Shown here in pieces: positions 61,611 through 64,000 of a stretch of 64,000 nucleotides of DNA (within the stretch, counting starts at the first letter, position 1; each line of letters opens with the position of its first letter). The position numbers and the translations under genes were made by a program. The DNA is from a virus (taxonomy: Duplodnaviria; Caudoviricetes): IMG/VR virus record IMGVR_UViG_3300022752_000014. The stretch is one strand, 5' to 3'. The notes beneath the pieces were generated by a model. The model was not told where the DNA came from and did no database searches. It saw nothing but the letters and a program-made list of their open reading frames with translations.

Positions 61611-61769
61611 ATGAACAATCTAATTTCTTATAATCAGTTAAATGGATGGAAACACATAACCGAACCTAGTGAGCAAAATGATTTGGTAGATGATTATTTC
61701 AATTGTTTAATTGAGTGTGATGACGATACGCAGTCGTGTAAAAGAATATGTAAACACATTTTAGTTTAA
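61611..61769 (+). CDS. Small Cys-containing protein, 52 aa
   Basis: MNNLISYNQL...DDYFNCLIECDDDTQSCKRICKHILV; flanked by its own promoter, SD and terminator. Confidence 0.7.
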   Translation: MNNLISYNQLNGWKHITEPSEQNDLVDDYFNCLIECDDDTQSCKRICKHILV

Positions 61770-61777
61770 TAAAATCT

Positions 61778-61804
61778 GAGGGGGGGTTGATTCCCCTCTT
61801 TTTT
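61778..61804 (+). terminator. Intrinsic terminator overlapping a TGnTATAAT promoter (61806-61814)
   Basis: GAGGGGGG-G-TTGA-TTCCCCTC stem-loop followed by TTTTTT. Confidence 0.7.
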
Positions 61805-61837
61805 GTGCTATAATAAAAAGGAAAACAACTAAAACCT

Positions 61838-62005
61838 ATGAATAGAGATAAACTCAAACTCATAATTAAAAACCTTGAACTTTTAACAGAAACACTCAAA
61901 GCAGAAGTGTATTCTAATCCGGGAGCTTATGATTATAGTAATTCTTCATCACGTATTGGTGATGTGGACGACTATGACGAAGTTTTTGAAGATGAAGAAG
62001 ACTAA
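61838..62005 (+). CDS. Hypothetical protein, 55 aa, acidic tail
   Basis: Manually read MNRDKLKLIIKNLELLTETLKAEVYS... Confidence 0.6.
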   Translation: MNRDKLKLIIKNLELLTETLKAEVYSNPGAYDYSNSSSRIGDVDDYDEVFEDEED

Positions 62006-62178
62006 TGAGATATAAAGAAACTATTCGTCTAGTAAAAAAAGCATTGGATAATCCAAGTCTTTATAGTGCAGAGGAGATTATCTATATGAAAAAGGCACTT
62101 GATAATGCGATTCTTTCACTTGCCCGTAAAAAATATAACAAAAAGAAAAAAGGATTTGGTAATTATGAAACCAATTAA
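62005..62178 (+). CDS. Hypothetical basic protein, 57 aa
   Basis: TAATG coupling to the previous ORF; MRYKETIRLVKKALDNP... Confidence 0.6.
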   Translation: MRYKETIRLVKKALDNPSLYSAEEIIYMKKALDNAILSLARKKYNKKKKGFGNYETN

Positions 62179-62917
62179 AGCAAAAGATCTTCTTGAACTG
62201 GATAAAAATCTGCAAGTGGTAATGCTTCAATGTTATCCACTTCCAGAGCAAGTCATTTATCAAGCAGGAAAGTGTGACTATTGTGAAACTCCAATTCACG
62301 AGCAGGATATTCCTTCTAACTATAAGTGTGGTGAATGGGTTGTGGAGCGTCTATTAGGCAATGAGAAAGGGCACTGGGGACCGCTAGAGCACCCCGCAAT
62401 TACTTTTTCGGTGTCTGGGTATGTCCATAACGTTGCGATGCAGGCAAGGACTCACAGAGTGGGTGTAAGTTTTGATGTTCAGTCTCAACGATACACTGGC
62501 AAAAGGGTTATTAAAGTTGCAAGTGGAGAATTGAAACCAGAAGATGTTTTTTATGTTCGTCCTCCTGGATACTATACCAATCGTTACGGTAAAAAGTATG
62601 ATTGGACTCAAGAAGATTATGATGATGAATTAAACTTCATTCTTGAAGGTTGTAAGCGTTATGCTGTAAAATATGAAAAAGGAATGTGTGAGGAGCACAT
62701 TAGGGATTATCTTGCACAAGCAATTCGTCAGAACTTTGTGGTTTCTTTTAACCTTCGCTCTGTTCTTCACATTATGGATCTGCGAGCAAAGATGGATTCC
62801 CAATTAGAAATTCAAGCACTTTGCGAACAATTTGCTCCTCTTCTTCAAAAATGGTCTCCAAATGTTTGGAAGTATTATGAAGAGAAACGTCTTCATAAGG
62901 CACGTTTAAGTCCCTAA
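62165..62917 (+). CDS. thyX: Flavin-dependent thymidylate synthase
   Basis: H.GPLEH and QARTHRVGVSFDVQSQRY (RHRx7S-type motif), N.RS..H.MDLR...Q.EI; ATG 62165 preferred over the track start. Confidence 0.93.
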   Translation: MKPIKAKDLLELDKNLQVVMLQCYPLPEQVIYQAGKCDYCETPIHEQDIPSNYKCGEWVVERLLGNEKGHWGPLEHPAITFSVSGYVHNVAMQARTHRVGVSFDVQSQRYTGKRVIKVASGELKPEDVFYVRPPGYYTNRYGKKYDWTQEDYDDELNFILEGCKRYAVKYEKGMCEEHIRDYLAQAIRQNFVVSFNLRSVLHIMDLRAKMDSQLEIQALCEQFAPLLQKWSPNVWKYYEEKRLHKARLSP

Positions 62918-62920
62918 TAA

Positions 62921-62928
62921 TATAAATA
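62921..62928 (+). promoter_or_regulatory. Late promoter for the endonuclease
   Basis: Exact TATAAATA 3 nt after the thyX stop. Confidence 0.7.
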
Positions 62929-62952
62929 TTGGTAGAGTAAAACTATCACATT

Positions 62953-63663
62953 ATGGTTTCACACTACATTTACAAAATAACTAATACTTTAAACCAAAAA
63001 ATTTATGTTGGAAAATCTAAAAATCCAAAAGTCAGATGGAGACAACATAAATCTCATTCTAAAAAAAGAAACACAAAATTATACTATGCTATGCGAAAAT
63101 ATGGTGTAGAAAATTTCACATTTGAAATTTTAGAAGAGTGTTTAGAAAGTCGAGTAAATGAAAGAGAAACTTACTATGTTTCTTTTTTGGAACCATATTA
63201 TAATATGACTAATGGTGGTGATGGTGGTGGATTTTTGAACAAAAAACATGGAGATAAATGGAAAAATGCAATTAAACAAAGCAATTCTAAAAAAGTTGCT
63301 TGTTATGATTTAGATGGAAATTTAATTAAAGTATATGAAAGTTGTAGAGATGCTTCCTATGATATTTTTGGTAGAGATTGTAGAGGTATTGATGCTGTAA
63401 CCAGAGGAGAATATCAAACTTATGGTGGATATCAGTGGAAAACATTTGATATACAACCAGAATTAAGAATATCGTCATATAAAAGAACATCTCATAATAT
63501 TAAAAAAATAGCAAAATATGACTTGAATAATAATTTGGTAGAAATATATGATAGTATGACTATTGCTGCTGAAAAAAATAATGCCTCAACTTCTAAAATA
63601 ACATTAGTTTGTCAAGGAAAAAGAAAATTTCACAAAGGATATAATTGGAAATATGTGATATAA
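62953..63663 (+). mobile_element. Free-standing GIY-YIG homing endonuclease with two NUMOD1-like domains
   Basis: HYIYKITN...KIYVGKS...RW..H, E...E..YV..L...YNMT.GGDGG; KKVACYDLDGNLIKVYES and KKIAKYDLNNNLVEIYDS. Confidence 0.85.
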
Positions 63664-63697
63664 TGACTCTAAATACCTTTGTATATTATTTTATAAA

Positions 63698-63940
63698 ATG
63701 CCCACATATCCTGTTAAACATAAAGAAACTGGTGAAACAAAAGAACTTTTTATGACTATGCTTGAGTATGAAAAATGGAAAGAAGAAAACCCTAAATGGA
63801 ATAAAGATTGGAGTCAGGGTTGTGCTGGAATTGGAGAGGTGGGAGATTGGAGAAATAAACTTACATCCAAACATCCATCTTGGAATGAAGTTTTAGGTAG
63901 AGCTCAAAAAATGCCAGGATCCACAGTAAAAAAACTCTAA
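63698..63940 (+). CDS. Small conserved-looking protein (FmdB-like N-terminus)
   Basis: MPTYPVKHKETGE.KE..M...EYE.WK..NP.W. Confidence 0.6.
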   Translation: MPTYPVKHKETGETKELFMTMLEYEKWKEENPKWNKDWSQGCAGIGEVGDWRNKLTSKHPSWNEVLGRAQKMPGSTVKKL

Positions 63941-63948
63941 AAACATAA

Positions 63949-64000
63949 ATGACAAGAAAAAGAAGGAGTAACGACAATCATTCGATTGGGGGTGTTTTAC
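63949..64000 (+). CDS. Partial CDS, possibly the phoH N-terminus
   Basis: MTRKRRSND..SIGG start resembles cyanophage PhoH N-termini; only 17 codons visible. Confidence 0.3.
   Translation, partial: MTRKRRSNDNHSIGGVL

Noticed and set aside
62099-62164. N-terminal extension of thyX in the ORF track
   Set aside because: It overlaps the 57-aa ORF 62005-62178; ThyX-like sequence begins near ATG 62165.
62929-62952. RBS-sequestering hairpin upstream of the homing endonuclease
   Set aside because: Only a weak, bulged stem can be drawn, which is not enough support.
1-64000. Alternative genetic code, introns or programmed frameshifts
   Set aside because: Core genes (gp4, gp26, thyX, gp5) translate intact under the standard code, with no interrupted frames seen.

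Overview
A 64-kb segment of a T4-like cyanomyovirus genome, probably from a freshwater Synechococcus/Cyanobium-type host. The assignment rests on CP12, ThyX, cyanophage-type gp4/gp26/gp48/gp51/gp5 and (T/A)ATAAATA late promoters; the freshwater host is my inference. 1-19.3 kb is the baseplate/tail-hub module: gp48, gp2-like, gp4, gp54-like, gp26, gp51, two paralogous tape-measure-like proteins (one carrying lysozyme and M15 peptidase domains), a hub protein, CP12, gp5 and spike-associated genes. It also holds an inverted two-gene moron. 19.3-21.2 kb holds small ORFs, tRNA-Leu(UAA), tRNA-Thr(UGU) and a Mom-like GNAT protein. 21.3-48.9 kb is a large tail-fibre region built from repeated 'fibre + polyglycine adhesin' cassettes, interrupted by two 2OG-Fe(II) oxygenases under a sigma70-type promoter. 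48.9-59.8 kb is the most unusual part: three paralogous 12-blade (2x6) Kelch-like beta-propeller genes with constant frameworks and hypervariable loops, alternating with two glycosyltransferases, a sulfotransferase and two 2OG oxygenases. 59.8-64 kb holds a candidate sRNA, glutaredoxin, small conserved ORFs, thyX, a free-standing GIY-YIG endonuclease and a probable phoH start. All family assignments come from motif recognition by eye; no database searches were run.
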